A stretch of 63,501 nucleotides of DNA, the filler included, from Sluysia triapertura (taxonomy: Eukaryota), in NCBI GenBank assembly GCA_046118255.1. It is 5 parts of 5 records of this genome, joined end to end, with 100 filler letters (N's around TTAATTAATTAA, not from the genome) between each part and the next. Parts side by side here need not be neighbours in the genome. Positions count along the whole stretch, not along the records: positions 12,801 to 26,344 come from JBJNIA010023400.1; positions 26,445 to 39,709 come from JBJNIA010049006.1; 3 more parts are not named here. One strand, written 5' to 3'. The notes beneath the pieces are model-generated. The model saw only the letters and a program-made list of their open reading frames with translations. It did no database searches and was not told the origin of the DNA. Within the stretch, counting starts at the first letter, position 1, and each line of letters begins with the position of its first letter. Positions 14,190-36,425 of the stretch are shown piece after piece. The position numbers and the translations under genes are program-made.

Positions 14190-14814
14190 CCGTGTTTTCC
14201 CGAAAACAAGACCAAGCGTGATATTTCAGGATGAATTTAAAATAAGCCCTAGTTGATAGCCGATTAGGATACCTAATAAAAGTCAATGAATGGCTTGAGA
14301 CAGCGTTCCATTCATTCGTTAGCATATACTTCTGCTTTTAAAGCACAATTAGCTTTAAATTACAATACATTCTGAGATACTTTCATTGTCAAAGCATTCT
14401 GGTTCATTTTCTGACTGTGACTGACTGTAACCAGATTCTGATTGTGATTCACATTCAGACAAGATTCTCCAAGATTTTAATAGCAATTATCAAATAATTT
14501 CGCCTTAAAATAATGAAATTCAATTAAATGAAAACTCCACAGTGACTTGCAAGACACTCCAGAGCGCAACGATATGATAATTTTGAATGATTTATATAGT
14601 TAGTGGTTTTTAAACATAAAACGTGTTATTCATTCTTAAATATAGATCGGTTTGTTCATGTTTTTATGTATTTAGAAATTTCATAATTATCTCTACTTTG
14701 TAACTTTGTTTTTCGACAGATAAAAATAGAATAGCCTCCCAAAATAATTCCTAGTGTCATTTTTTTTAGAGTGCAAATTAACATAGGCCCTGTCTTATTT
14801 GTGAGGGAACACGG
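14190..14814 (+). mobile_element. Non-autonomous Tc1/mariner (Tc2/pogo-type) MITE, 625 bp, complete
   Basis: TA|CCGTGTTTTCCCGAAAACAAGAC ... GTCTTATTTGTGAGGGAACACGG|TA: imperfect 23-bp TIRs and TA target duplication; second copy at 22375-22914. Confidence 0.85.
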
Positions 14815-15082
14815 TACACATATATAACAATCATCGATATTCATATTTTAAGTACAACATTTTAATCAATTAATAATTGCAATATTTTAAACCATAAATA
14901 CAATAATGACAATAATAATGTTAATAGTTATATATACTAACGATAATATAATATAGGAATATTATTAAGTAAATAATAGTGATAATGAACAAAAGTAGTA
15001 TTAATAATAAATTAATTATAATAATACTGATTTTATAATAATATAACGATAATAATACTAAAATAATAATAATAATATTTAA

Positions 15083-15085
<3 letters not shown>

Positions 15086-15163
<78 letters not shown>
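15086..15163. repeat. (AAT)n microsatellite interrupted by an A run
   Basis: Read directly from the sequence. Confidence 0.95.
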
Positions 15164-15164
<1 letters not shown>

Positions 15165-15976
15165 GATCTGTTTAAATAATAATAAAAATACTAATTGAAT
15201 TAATGAGATCTAATTTGAAATTGAAATTAGTTTCGAAAAACTATTGTAATAAAATAAAATTAATTAATGTGTGGAGTAAATTATTAGTATAAATAGATGT
15301 TAAAACATAATAGACACACAAGTCATTTATACTCTTAATGGATCACAATTTTCGAGGAATCAATCTGACAAATAAACAAGTATAATTTGAAGGATCAATA
15401 ATCATTACAGAACTTTTGAAAAACATTATTATTAGTGTTTATCTTCATAAGTTTTATATATACATTAAAGTCCATGCGGTTTTCTAATAAAAGCCATCAA
15501 ATTTAATGGTGGTATTCCTTTAAATAATTAAAATATTATTTATTATTCTTTTGATAGAGTATTCATTAAGTGAACTGTACTATAATTGCGTTTATTTATA
15601 ACTTCATTTTTAGTATCATTTGAGTGAAGTGAAAAATTTGTATATTATTAATTACCCAATAGAATTATTCGCCTTTTATAATCCAATTAAATATGCGAAA
15701 GATCATCTTTTTTCACCTCAGTTTAAAACGAGGATAAAATAAGGAATAAAACTAATTTAGTAAGAGATTATTTATTAAGCATAGCGTCCCACTATCAATC
15801 ATTTGACCCTATTTCTAACGTCATTTTGTTGATTGTATATTTAAAGTCCTGTGGATAAGCTCTTAATTGTGTAAGTCTTAGATCACATTCAATTTACACA
15901 TTACGACAATAATAATGATGATAACAATAATGATATTAATAATATTAATGATAATGATAATAATAATAATATTTAG

Positions 15977-26323
<10,347 letters not shown>

Positions 26324-26344
26324 GTATGTTATAAAATGATATTC

Positions 26345-26444
26345 NNNNNNNNNNNNNNNNNNNNNNNNNNNNNNNNNNNNNNNNNNNNTTAATTAATTAA
26401 NNNNNNNNNNNNNNNNNNNNNNNNNNNNNNNNNNNNNNNNNNNN
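26345..26444. other. Artificial contig spacer
   Basis: Same N44-TTAATTAATTAA-N44 structure. Confidence 0.98.
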
Positions 26445-28606
26445 AATTTACAAATATTCAAGATTGTGTTAGGATTTACTGATTCGGAGTTTTTATTACC
26501 ACTGTATAAAATATTTATTACTCTTAATATAACTATAGTTATTTCTAGTTTTTCAACCATATGGAAATAAATCTTTTATTGAAATATTTATATATTAATA
26601 TTCTTAAGCATTTTTTCATCTGAAAGTGTTCTTTTGTCAAATAAATGGCTAATTTATTTTGCATTTCGATCAATTAATATATCAAATAATAAATCAATTA
26701 GAAATTGAAAAGAAATTAAATAAAAAGGAATGTTTATTTAGTTTAGATAAATAAAAGAAAAACAGAAAACAATATTAAAGAGAAATATGACGAGAAAGAT
26801 TGAGAGATTGAAATTAAAATTGAATGGAATACAAAAAATCAATTCCAGACATCAAATTGATGTCATCATTCTTTTTTGTGTACATTTCATATAATAATTG
26901 TGTAAAATAATTTGTGTGATTAGTCACAATTTTAACATAAGAAATTACAGGATGTTCTTTAAGTAAGTTATTTATAAATTGTCATACAATTTCATTGCAG
27001 CGCTTTATAAAAGTGAACAAGGAAAAAATAGTGACATGTATCAGATTTAATTACATAAATAACTTATGTCCTTGTTATAAAAGATTGCTTTGCAGTTTCT
27101 GTGATATCTTTTGGAATGCTTTTATTGAAGTTGATATTTTGTTATTTCAATTCAAAATGTTTATTAGGAAAACTTTTCCACCTAATCAACTTGAAATTAG
27201 CAAGAATTGTTTGTCTAGTTTAATTTAAGTCTATTAAGTAAATTTCAAAATAAGCAATCCATTTTAATGCTCTAAATTCTGTCAGCTTTCTTATTAATGT
27301 TTTCGAGAATAAATTTAAATGCATAATTAATATTGTGGAATTGAAAAGTTTAATTAGAAAAATACATTATACTTTATTAGCTTGGGTTACATAGCAATGC
27401 ATGCATATACCACAATAGTTCTGATGCATTTTCAAATCATCATTCTGGAACATATTTCCTGTTTAATTCAATGAGTGCTCTCATTTTTCGTGTTCAAAAA
27501 ATGGATAGGCAAAAAATGCATTTAAATTATGTATTTTTGGTGGTCATATTGGAATGTTAGCTTTCGGCAGTTCAATCCATTTCCAATGATTTATTACTCA
27601 TTTTTCAATACTGTTCTATTATTGTTTTGATGATACGCAAAATCGTCTTTGGTAGCAGTCATTCTGGAATCGCTACTGGTGTTTACTGCTTTTCCTTATA
27701 TCTTTCATTTACCTCGTGCTCTTTAATTATATTAATTTAAAATTTACAATATAGAGAATATTACATAATGCGAGTTTATAAAATTACGAGTAATGATATA
27801 ATTTTAAATAAATTTAAAAATATCTCGGTCAATATTAAATTAAAATTATAATTAAAATTAAATATAAAAATATCTTACAGCTTTCTAAAATCAAAGAAAA
27901 TAAATATACCTAAACATACCATATTGAATTAGAAAGTAAAAGTAGACAATCTAATGGCAGCGTTGGAAGTACGAAAAAATCTATAATTTTATTAAAATGG
28001 AAATGAAGAAATGAATCATAACAAGCAAAAAGTCATTAAATAACTGGAAAATGAATGCATATGTAAATTATATGGCCAGACTAATATATTAACAGAAAAA
28101 TTAATAAAAAATAGTTAAATTTTGCCAAAATGTCACGATAATATAAAGAATGAAATTAACTAAATAAAAGAAAATGACCTTATAATAGATTATATGAAGA
28201 AATTAACAGTAGAATAGTTATTATTGAGTGGAACTAAAAAATTAAATAAATATAGTTGAAAATAGTATATATGAATTAACCAGAAATGGATTTTTTACCA
28301 AAGAAAATACACAACATCGAAGAATTTAATTGGGTTGACTTGATAAAAAATTTATAAGAACCATTATTTAATTCTGGTTTATTGACTTAACATTTGATTT
28401 GATAATCATTTTATATTTGATCATTTTATTACAACATTAAATGTAAACTCGAACTTGCAAGTAATTATCAGTACTATATCTGAATACCCCTTCCCTTAGA
28501 AACATATTTTAGTTCATCCCAATTTCATTATGAAAGTTTTCTTTTCTTCTACTTGGAATCTTTAAGATTCTCTGACTCTTAATTTTAATTTTATTATTAT
28601 TTTATC

Positions 28607-28607
<1 letters not shown>

Positions 28608-28658
<51 letters not shown>
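28608..28658. repeat. (ATT)n microsatellite
   Basis: Read directly from the sequence. Confidence 0.95.
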
Positions 28659-28659
<1 letters not shown>

Positions 28660-29409
28660 TTTTATTATTATGAAAAATTTTCTGTAACTAACATACGATT
28701 ATCACGATATAATATCTACAATTTTGTCGTATATAATTAATAAACATTTGGTTATATGTGTATTTAAGATTTGGATTTTTCTAATTAAACTATTATTTAA
28801 TCAATTTTGTGATGCAAAAGAAATTTATCTTAACAAAGTATAAATTTTTTTGGATGCGAGAAATTTTTTGTAGATATATTTTACATACTTTAATTCATGT
28901 TTGAATTTTATGTTATTCAATATACATACTTAAGTACTAATTTACTATTTTAAAGCACGGTTTTTGAATTTAAGGAAGCATCAAACCATACAAGATTTTC
29001 TGCATGTGGAAAGAAGTAAACGATTTTAATTATTTCAATGTTTTGTGTCCTTTAACATTTAGCATAGAATAATCGACGAACTTTTTATGTCTTCTAATTT
29101 CAAATAGTTTTCCATATATTATGTAGAAAATATTAAATATTGCAACAAAGATTTTGTCTACTTTCTCTGTATATTTAAAGTCTGTCTCCAAAAATTACAA
29201 AAAGAAATTCATATTATTTGAAAATTAAACATAATTAATAAAGTAATATGTAATGCTTAATTTATAGTTATCTTCAGTGTTTTCGACAGTTTCCATCAAT
29301 GTGCTGTTTCTATCAAATAATTTATCTAGATTATCGAAATAATATCTAATGCATCATAATTAGGACAATTTTGCTGAGATTTTTATATTTTTAGTATAAT
29401 TTAGTATGA

Positions 29410-29990
29410 AAAGAAGTTCTACTTCCTTCTGCATTTAATTCATTAATAAATATATTTGATTATGTTTGACGATCATTTGATGATAATAGATGTAAATGCA
29501 TAATATAATAAGAAACATTATATTTTGAATATTTAAAATGAAAATTGATTTAAATGGAAATTTAATGCGATTACGATTGATAAATATATAATTTTTATGA
29601 CGATCTTTTATCAACTGCCCATTCAAATCCTTCTAATTCATTTTCACATTCACTTAATTTATTTTCTATTATGTCCTGTATTATTATTGAATCGATAATA
29701 AAATATCTGTTTTATTCCAATGATATATTTATATTACTTAATTCATTTTGTCTAAATTTAACATTAATAATTAAAATGGTTTTAAAATTGAATTATACAT
29801 TTTAATTACTCCATTCAGAATAAATGAATATTTTTCACTATTATAATTTTAAATATATTTTAATATTGATTTATCTTTAAATCCTTCTACAATAACATTA
29901 TCTTTTATTACTGGTTTTAAAGGTCTATAATTTTATTCAGGATTTAATTTAGGTAATTCATTAATAATTAGCTTCTTTTTTGTGTTGTAA
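29410..29990 (-). mobile_element. Maverick/Polinton-like protein-primed DNA polymerase N-terminal remnant
   Basis: Ordered fragments ENELEGFEWAVD, KSIFILNIQN and SNDR...FINELNAEG resemble E.E.EGSGW..D, K..IINIQN.D..CF and N..R..Y..ELN.EG of Polinton-type polB proteins; heavily decayed. Confidence 0.45.
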
Positions 29991-31718
29991 CATAATGTAT
30001 AATTGAAATTAATTTAAAATGACATTAAAAAGTCAAATTGATATTTTTAATATATAAATAAATGATAAATCAATTTGGTAATCAACAAGTATTGTCTAAT
30101 CATAATATAATAATTCCTTTGCCAACTATTCGCATAAATTACTTAAAAATTACTGAAAATTATATAAAGTTACATATTTTCTTGAAAATTACATAATTAC
30201 ATATTTACACTGTTGAAAATTATTTAAAAATTAATTTACATAATTATTGAAAAATTATTTAAAAACTACATATTTACAGGTTATTGTCACAACCTTCTCA
30301 AATCATCAAATTTCTTAATGTAAATCATTTAAAATCGTCAATTTCCATAAAGGAAAATTATTTTCCAAAAAGAAAATAATTTTATAAAAAAGAAATGGAA
30401 AATTTTAGAATTTTCGAGAAATTTCATTAATTTTGGTTGGTTAATGACTAGTATATATAATAGGATTAGTTCAATTCAATGTCACAATTTAACAACATAA
30501 GAAAATTTCATTGATTTTTGTTCGATTTAAATTTATTCTTCAAGGCATCCTATCAGGTCATTTGTCTATCAGTTTCAGGATTCTGGGTTATTATTTAGTT
30601 AATTTTTCTGTAAGTTTGTGTGAAAGTAGTCAAAATAATAAAATCATACTCAAAATCTTTTGTAATTCATTTACCAACCCATCGATTTAATGATTGGAAA
30701 AATTTAAAATTAAAATTAAGATATTTAAACTTAAATACGTGAAATTATAAAAAATTAATTTTTATTCTTTACTTTAGTATCATTGTTCTTTATCTTTTTA
30801 TATTAAGTTGACTTTTTGCATTATTTAATGATATACTTTGAAGTTTTCTGTTATTAAATTCGAAAATCATTAATTCACTAAAATTATAATTTGGAGTAGA
30901 TTATATTGTGTTATAAAGTTAAGATTCACTAACTACTACAAAGTAAGAGTAATTACTAAAGTAATATATTGATTCAAATTTTCACATTAAACGCGATTAT
31001 TTTAGTTGCAGGAACGTCAAAAGTCGTTTACTCTAACAGGATCCTGCTCAATTTTACTTTGTCGTATGTTAAGAGTTAAGAAAATCACAGCGCTTTTTTC
31101 ATGTTATATTAGTGTTTACGTTTAATATGATGTTTTTGTGCTAATTAAGTATGATGTTTATTTTCTCTGTGCTTGTTTTTAATTTATTATTTTTATCCGG
31201 TTGTAAAAAGTGTTTCTAAGTGCTTCTTGGTGTTAAGATATATTTAAAACAAATGCAATACAATTTCCATTTTGATTAATACTTTAAGGTCCTTTAAATT
31301 ATTTTTTTACAATTTTAAATAATTTTTAAAACAGGTGGGTCTCAATAGTTGTTTACTTCTATATTATTTTTTTTAAATCGTTATTCACCATCGTTTTGAG
31401 AATATTAACATTCAAAATTTTCGATAAATTTAAATATTACTACTCTTTTAGAGAAAATACTACTATTATTAAATTATGATATAACTATAGTTTTAGTTAA
31501 CCAGAATTACATATGGTACTTTATTAATATTTAATAATTTTACTAATACTAATTAATATTTATTATTCATAACGATTATTTTCTTAATATTTTCGACAAG
31601 TGTATAATTTGTATTTATATTTCAATAAGTACTCTTTCAATGTATCATAATTGTGACATGTTCAAGAATATGGTTTTTATTTTACATCGGTCAAAATATT
31701 AGGACAATTATTTAAATT

Positions 31719-31721
<3 letters not shown>

Positions 31722-31784
<63 letters not shown>
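31722..31784. repeat. (ATT)n microsatellite
   Basis: Read directly from the sequence. Confidence 0.95.
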
Positions 31785-31785
<1 letters not shown>

Positions 31786-34700
31786 ATGAGAAATGATAAA
31801 AGCCAAAGTCATTAAAGTTAGGATTAATAAAATAAATAAAAGCGAAATGAAAGTAAAAGTAGGTAAGATAGAAGAAACTTATATTTTAAATATGACAGTT
31901 ATAAATTGGTCTGATTTAATCATTGGTGGATAAAAGTTAAAACTGGTCTGGTTTTTTTAACACTTAACCTGTGGCAAAATATTTCTTTTTGAGCAGGGTC
32001 CGATTACAGTAAATGTCTTATGCCGTGAAGAGGGCATATAAGCTATATAAGCTAACTATATAAGCTAATATTTCGGTTTTGTCGTGAGGGTCTTAAAGAA
32101 ATGCTTTTTAATAAATAAATAAATACCAAAAGTCATAATAAAGAAAAAGAATGCAGTAATAAAAGTTATATTTAAAAGATTAAAGCTCCGAGAACGTATT
32201 AAAAATTGTAAATGGCGCCTAATTTCAAAATGGTGGATTTAAAAATGGCGATTCCCGTTAAACTGAGGCTAGTTTATATACTAGTTTATATTCTAGAAGC
32301 TTCTAATTTAGAAGCGAATTTTCTTTTTTCGAAAATACGATTTTAAATGACTTTAAAGTATTATGGTAACATTTTAAATGTGATGACAATCTAACAAAAC
32401 TAACTAATGTCTTGGTCACCACTTGATTTTAATTTCATGATATATAAATTTCATTAAATAAATAACGTTTACTTTTATAAAAGAAGAAATTTGTTAAAAT
32501 ATGTTAGAAAATAAGTTGGATCATAAATTATGGTAAAATGAAGCTTCCAAGAGACAAAACGAAATCTAGCGTCCAAATGTAAGAAATTTCATTTAAATAT
32601 ACTCAGTTAGACATTGTCTATTTTTATATTTCATAAATAATTTTATCTCTTCTGTTTTTTTTACAAAATAATAATGTCTTAATATATGAGAAATAATAAA
32701 TCAACATCATACAAGTGCACATAGTAATACTAAATTAAACGACAAATTATTTCAGTTTATTTATCAACTCTTGTGAGATTTAAAATTGATATACAATTAT
32801 GGTAAATGTATTCAAGATTGATAAACTGTTTTTTATAAAAGAAATATGAATAAACATCAACAAATATTCAAAAAGTCTTGCAAAATACAAATTAATATTA
32901 TAGCAAATCCCAAAATTATTCCGTAAAAAATTTTACGTAGTTTTAACTAAGTTTATATCCAAATTTTTATTGTTTAAATATTATTTTAAAGTGTATTATT
33001 ATGATTATTTTTATATTTTGAAGTCTATTATAGAATTATTACACATTATTTATATGAAACATTGCAACTATTACTATGATTTGCAGTCCATTTTAATTAC
33101 AATGCGCAAATGCAGTTCACTGAATTCAATAGAGTCTTATCTAAAATTCAAATAATCGCATTTCTATTGTACATCTTTATAATAAAATTTTCTTTCAATT
33201 CTTTCTATTAATACTCGAATTTGAAGATTGTAGATGCACAACAATAAATTAAGAACATTATAACTGTTTTTATGTAATCAAATCTATTTAATTTCCCATA
33301 AAATGTAAGAAATGTGTTAGTAAACATATCCAATATATAATATTAATCAAACGAAACAAAAATCGAGGGAAATACGATTTAGGTGTTACAGATAGGTAAG
33401 ATTTACAAATGCATTGAAGTTTTAAAAAATATATGTACTTATCGTATAAAATTTTTATATTATCCAATTGTTTGGTAATATAAAAATTTGCAAAATTTCT
33501 ACATAATAATGACAACAATACTTACACTAACATTTACACTTAATTATACATAACTACAATCTAAAATTTTGCATTGTTATTATAATTTTAAATATTATTT
33601 TATTGTTCTCTTACTATTCTATTTTTGTTGCCTTATATCATTATTATTAAATTTTCTATAACTGTGTTATTTTTCAATTTATACAAATTGTATTTATAAT
33701 TTATTACTTTTATTTGTTAAAAGAATGACTGAATTTTTTAATTCATCGGCATACATTAATTATTGTTTCCTTTTTTATTTATGCAAAATTGAATTTATTC
33801 TCATTTATTATTTACTTGTACTTATTATTTATTTTTATCGTTATTACTATAATAGTTATTATAATCATATTATTGTTACTATTATTATTAATGATTAAAA
33901 ATATTTTTTAATTTTTTCGTAGTTCCGCATTATTTTCTTTGTTAATATTATTGTCATTGTGCATTTTTATTTTTATCGGTATTTTTATCACATTTTTATT
34001 GATATTAATATTCACTCACATTTCAATTCTTTGTACTAAAATTTTTTTTAATTTCATAACTTTATGTCAATAAATAGAAATCAAAACAAAATCGATAGCT
34101 TTGCTTAGCTGAATGGATGGTGTGTGTGATTTAGGAAGTGACATTTTACCAGATCTAATTGAAGAAATAAGTGACGTATATCATGTGAAATTAATACTTT
34201 AGAAGATGATCATCCTTCTATAAACATCAATTATTTAAATGAAGTATTTAATTCAAATATTGGATCTTGCAAAAATTATAAAATTGCATAAATTCCTATA
34301 GCTTAATTTCAGTTTATTCGAAATAGTAATAACTGTAGTTCATCTGCCATATTACCTGAATAGTTAGTATCTTATAATGACTAGTTCGCTTAGCCTTTTC
34401 AGTGCTTTTTATAACAAATACAACATACATTTAGACAAAAAATCTCACGATACCAGTACAAACATTTGGCGCAACACTCCCAGAAAATTGGTGTCATACT
34501 AATACAGAAAAATGATAATTTGGATTAAACTGCTTTGGTTTCACGCAAGTAAAATATCCTAAATTTAAATACAGTTAAACTAAATTATTTTAAATAACTG
34601 AATAAAAGGTAATTAAATTTTTCTTTGATAAATTATTAAATAAAATTTAATTACTGTAAGTATGGCTGAAAATCTCATTGATATTTATAAGTTTCGTTGC

Positions 34701-35134
34701 AACTTTTATTTTTTGTACTATCAATTAATCTTCAGTATTTAGAATCATTTTTTACTTTGAGACTTTATTTGCACTTCCATCTATTACACTTGAGACGAAT
34801 TAGAACCTTGATTTTTCAGATATAGACTGTTTATATTTATTAATTTTGAACAAATTTAAATTTATTAAGTTTGAACAAATAAAAGTTAAAGTTTCGGAGT
34901 TTTAAAAGTAAAAGTTTTATTTATTTAAAGATAACAAATAATTTTAAAGTGAGTAAAAGTTATTATTTGGATAATAAGTCAAAAACTTACAAGTCTAATT
35001 CAAAGGAACAAAATAAACAGTTTTCATATTAAGTAATAAATCTATTTAATTATTACAGATTCAATTTATGAATTAGTTTTAGGTAGAGAATATATTATAT
35101 TTAAATAGTTTAAATTATATAAAATGTTACTAAA

Positions 35135-35137
<3 letters not shown>

Positions 35138-35189
<52 letters not shown>
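35138..35189. repeat. (ATT)n microsatellite
   Basis: Read directly from the sequence. Confidence 0.95.
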
Positions 35190-35599
35190 TTCATCATCAT
35201 GTGGCTTTAAACAAAATGAATATACTGGTAGAATATTGATTTAATTTAAATTCATAATTAGTTTCATATCAATTATCAATAGTTTCTCAAATTTTCAAAT
35301 CTGTCATACTGTCGAAATTATTGTAGAAAATTTTGAGTAATTTTTCATTTATATATTTACTTTTATTTTGGTTTGTGAACAACATAATAAAATCGTAATT
35401 GTATTTAAAATTTGAATGGAATATTGGAAAACATGTTTTATTTTAACTGCTGTAATTCTATATTAATGGTTCTACAACTTTTTATACTGAAAAATAATTA
35501 ACATTAATACTTTTCAACGGAAACACCATTTTTATCGATATTTAACTGCAATCTTTAACGAAAAGTATGGATATATTCTGAAGCGAAACTGCTTTTCTA

Positions 35600-35790
35600 G
35601 TATAAATTGAGTGTTTAGGTAGTCCCGTACAAAAAAATTGCAAAGGAAATGATTTAAGATATCTGATACACCAAATCAATGGACCAACTCTTCAGGTTAA
35701 CGATCATTTAAATGCTGCTCCAAACATTGTCATATTTCTTCAGTTATGAGCAGAATCTTCATTCTGATGGAATATGGCTTTTCTAAGAAT
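35600..35790 (-). mobile_element. Tc1/mariner (DD41D/DD37D-type) transposase remnant
   Basis: Across frameshifts: IFHQNEDSAHN*RN / QCLEQHLNDR* / RVGPLIWCIRYLKSFPLQFF / YLNTQ, versus consensus WFQQDGAPAHYSRNVRQYLNEHFPNRWIGRGGP..WPPRSPDLTPLDFFLWGYLKS. Confidence 0.65.
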
Positions 35791-35999
35791 CTTTTTTGTA
35801 GGTAATTTTCTAAAAATAAACAAAGTGGTGTTATGAAACTATTTTCCAGTGTCTTAATTACTGTGACCAAAATTAATTTTTTTCGATTCTCTCAACACAC
35901 ATTTTTTCATAGAACTTCAATGTTCTTATAAAATCGGAGCTGAAACTTATGACGAAAAATGCTAAATATGAATTGTTTGTTTTAATGCATTTTTATTAA

Positions 36000-36215
36000 C
36001 CCCTTAACGTTCAATTTTTTTCAAAAAAACGTCCAAAAAAACTTTTATTGCTGCATTATTTACTAAACTATATTTTAGTTTGATATTTACAAAAAAAAAC
36101 AATGAAAAATATGATATTTATTTATTATATCAGTATATGTTGGTTAGATATATTTTCTACCTAAACATGTCAAAATAACCTCGCTCGAGTTAATTCGAGT
36201 GTGCGAGTTAAGAGG
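36000..36215. mobile_element. Short piggyBac-type MITE
   Basis: TTAA|CCCCTTAAC ... GTTAAGAGG|TTAA: TTAA on both sides and 8/9 matching terminal inverted repeats. Confidence 0.6.
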
Positions 36216-36336
36216 TTAAAGTAATATATATTTAAACTATTTTCTTTGATTCAAAAGTTTGGTAACATTACTTACAATACACATATTCCTTGTTTTACAC
36301 GGTACTGTTTTTTTACACGTTTTTGCCTTTCCACGA

Positions 36337-36425
36337 TTCAAAAAGATTTAAAATTAAATATTGAAAATGTGTTCTTTTGATCATAAGCAGTTTATTTTCA
36401 ATATTTAATTTTAAATTTTTTGGAA
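36337..36425. repeat. Foldback inverted repeat
   Basis: atttaaaattaaatattgaaaat ... attttcaatatttaattttaaat form a perfect 23-bp stem with a loop of about 25 nt, extending imperfectly outward. Confidence 0.8.

Noticed and set aside
13967-14844. Short ORFs overlapping the MITE
   Set aside because: No transposase motifs; chance ORFs in a non-autonomous element and its flank.
34105-34150. EWMVCV resembling the Chapaev3 W..C.DLK motif
   Set aside because: Too short and no flanking motifs.
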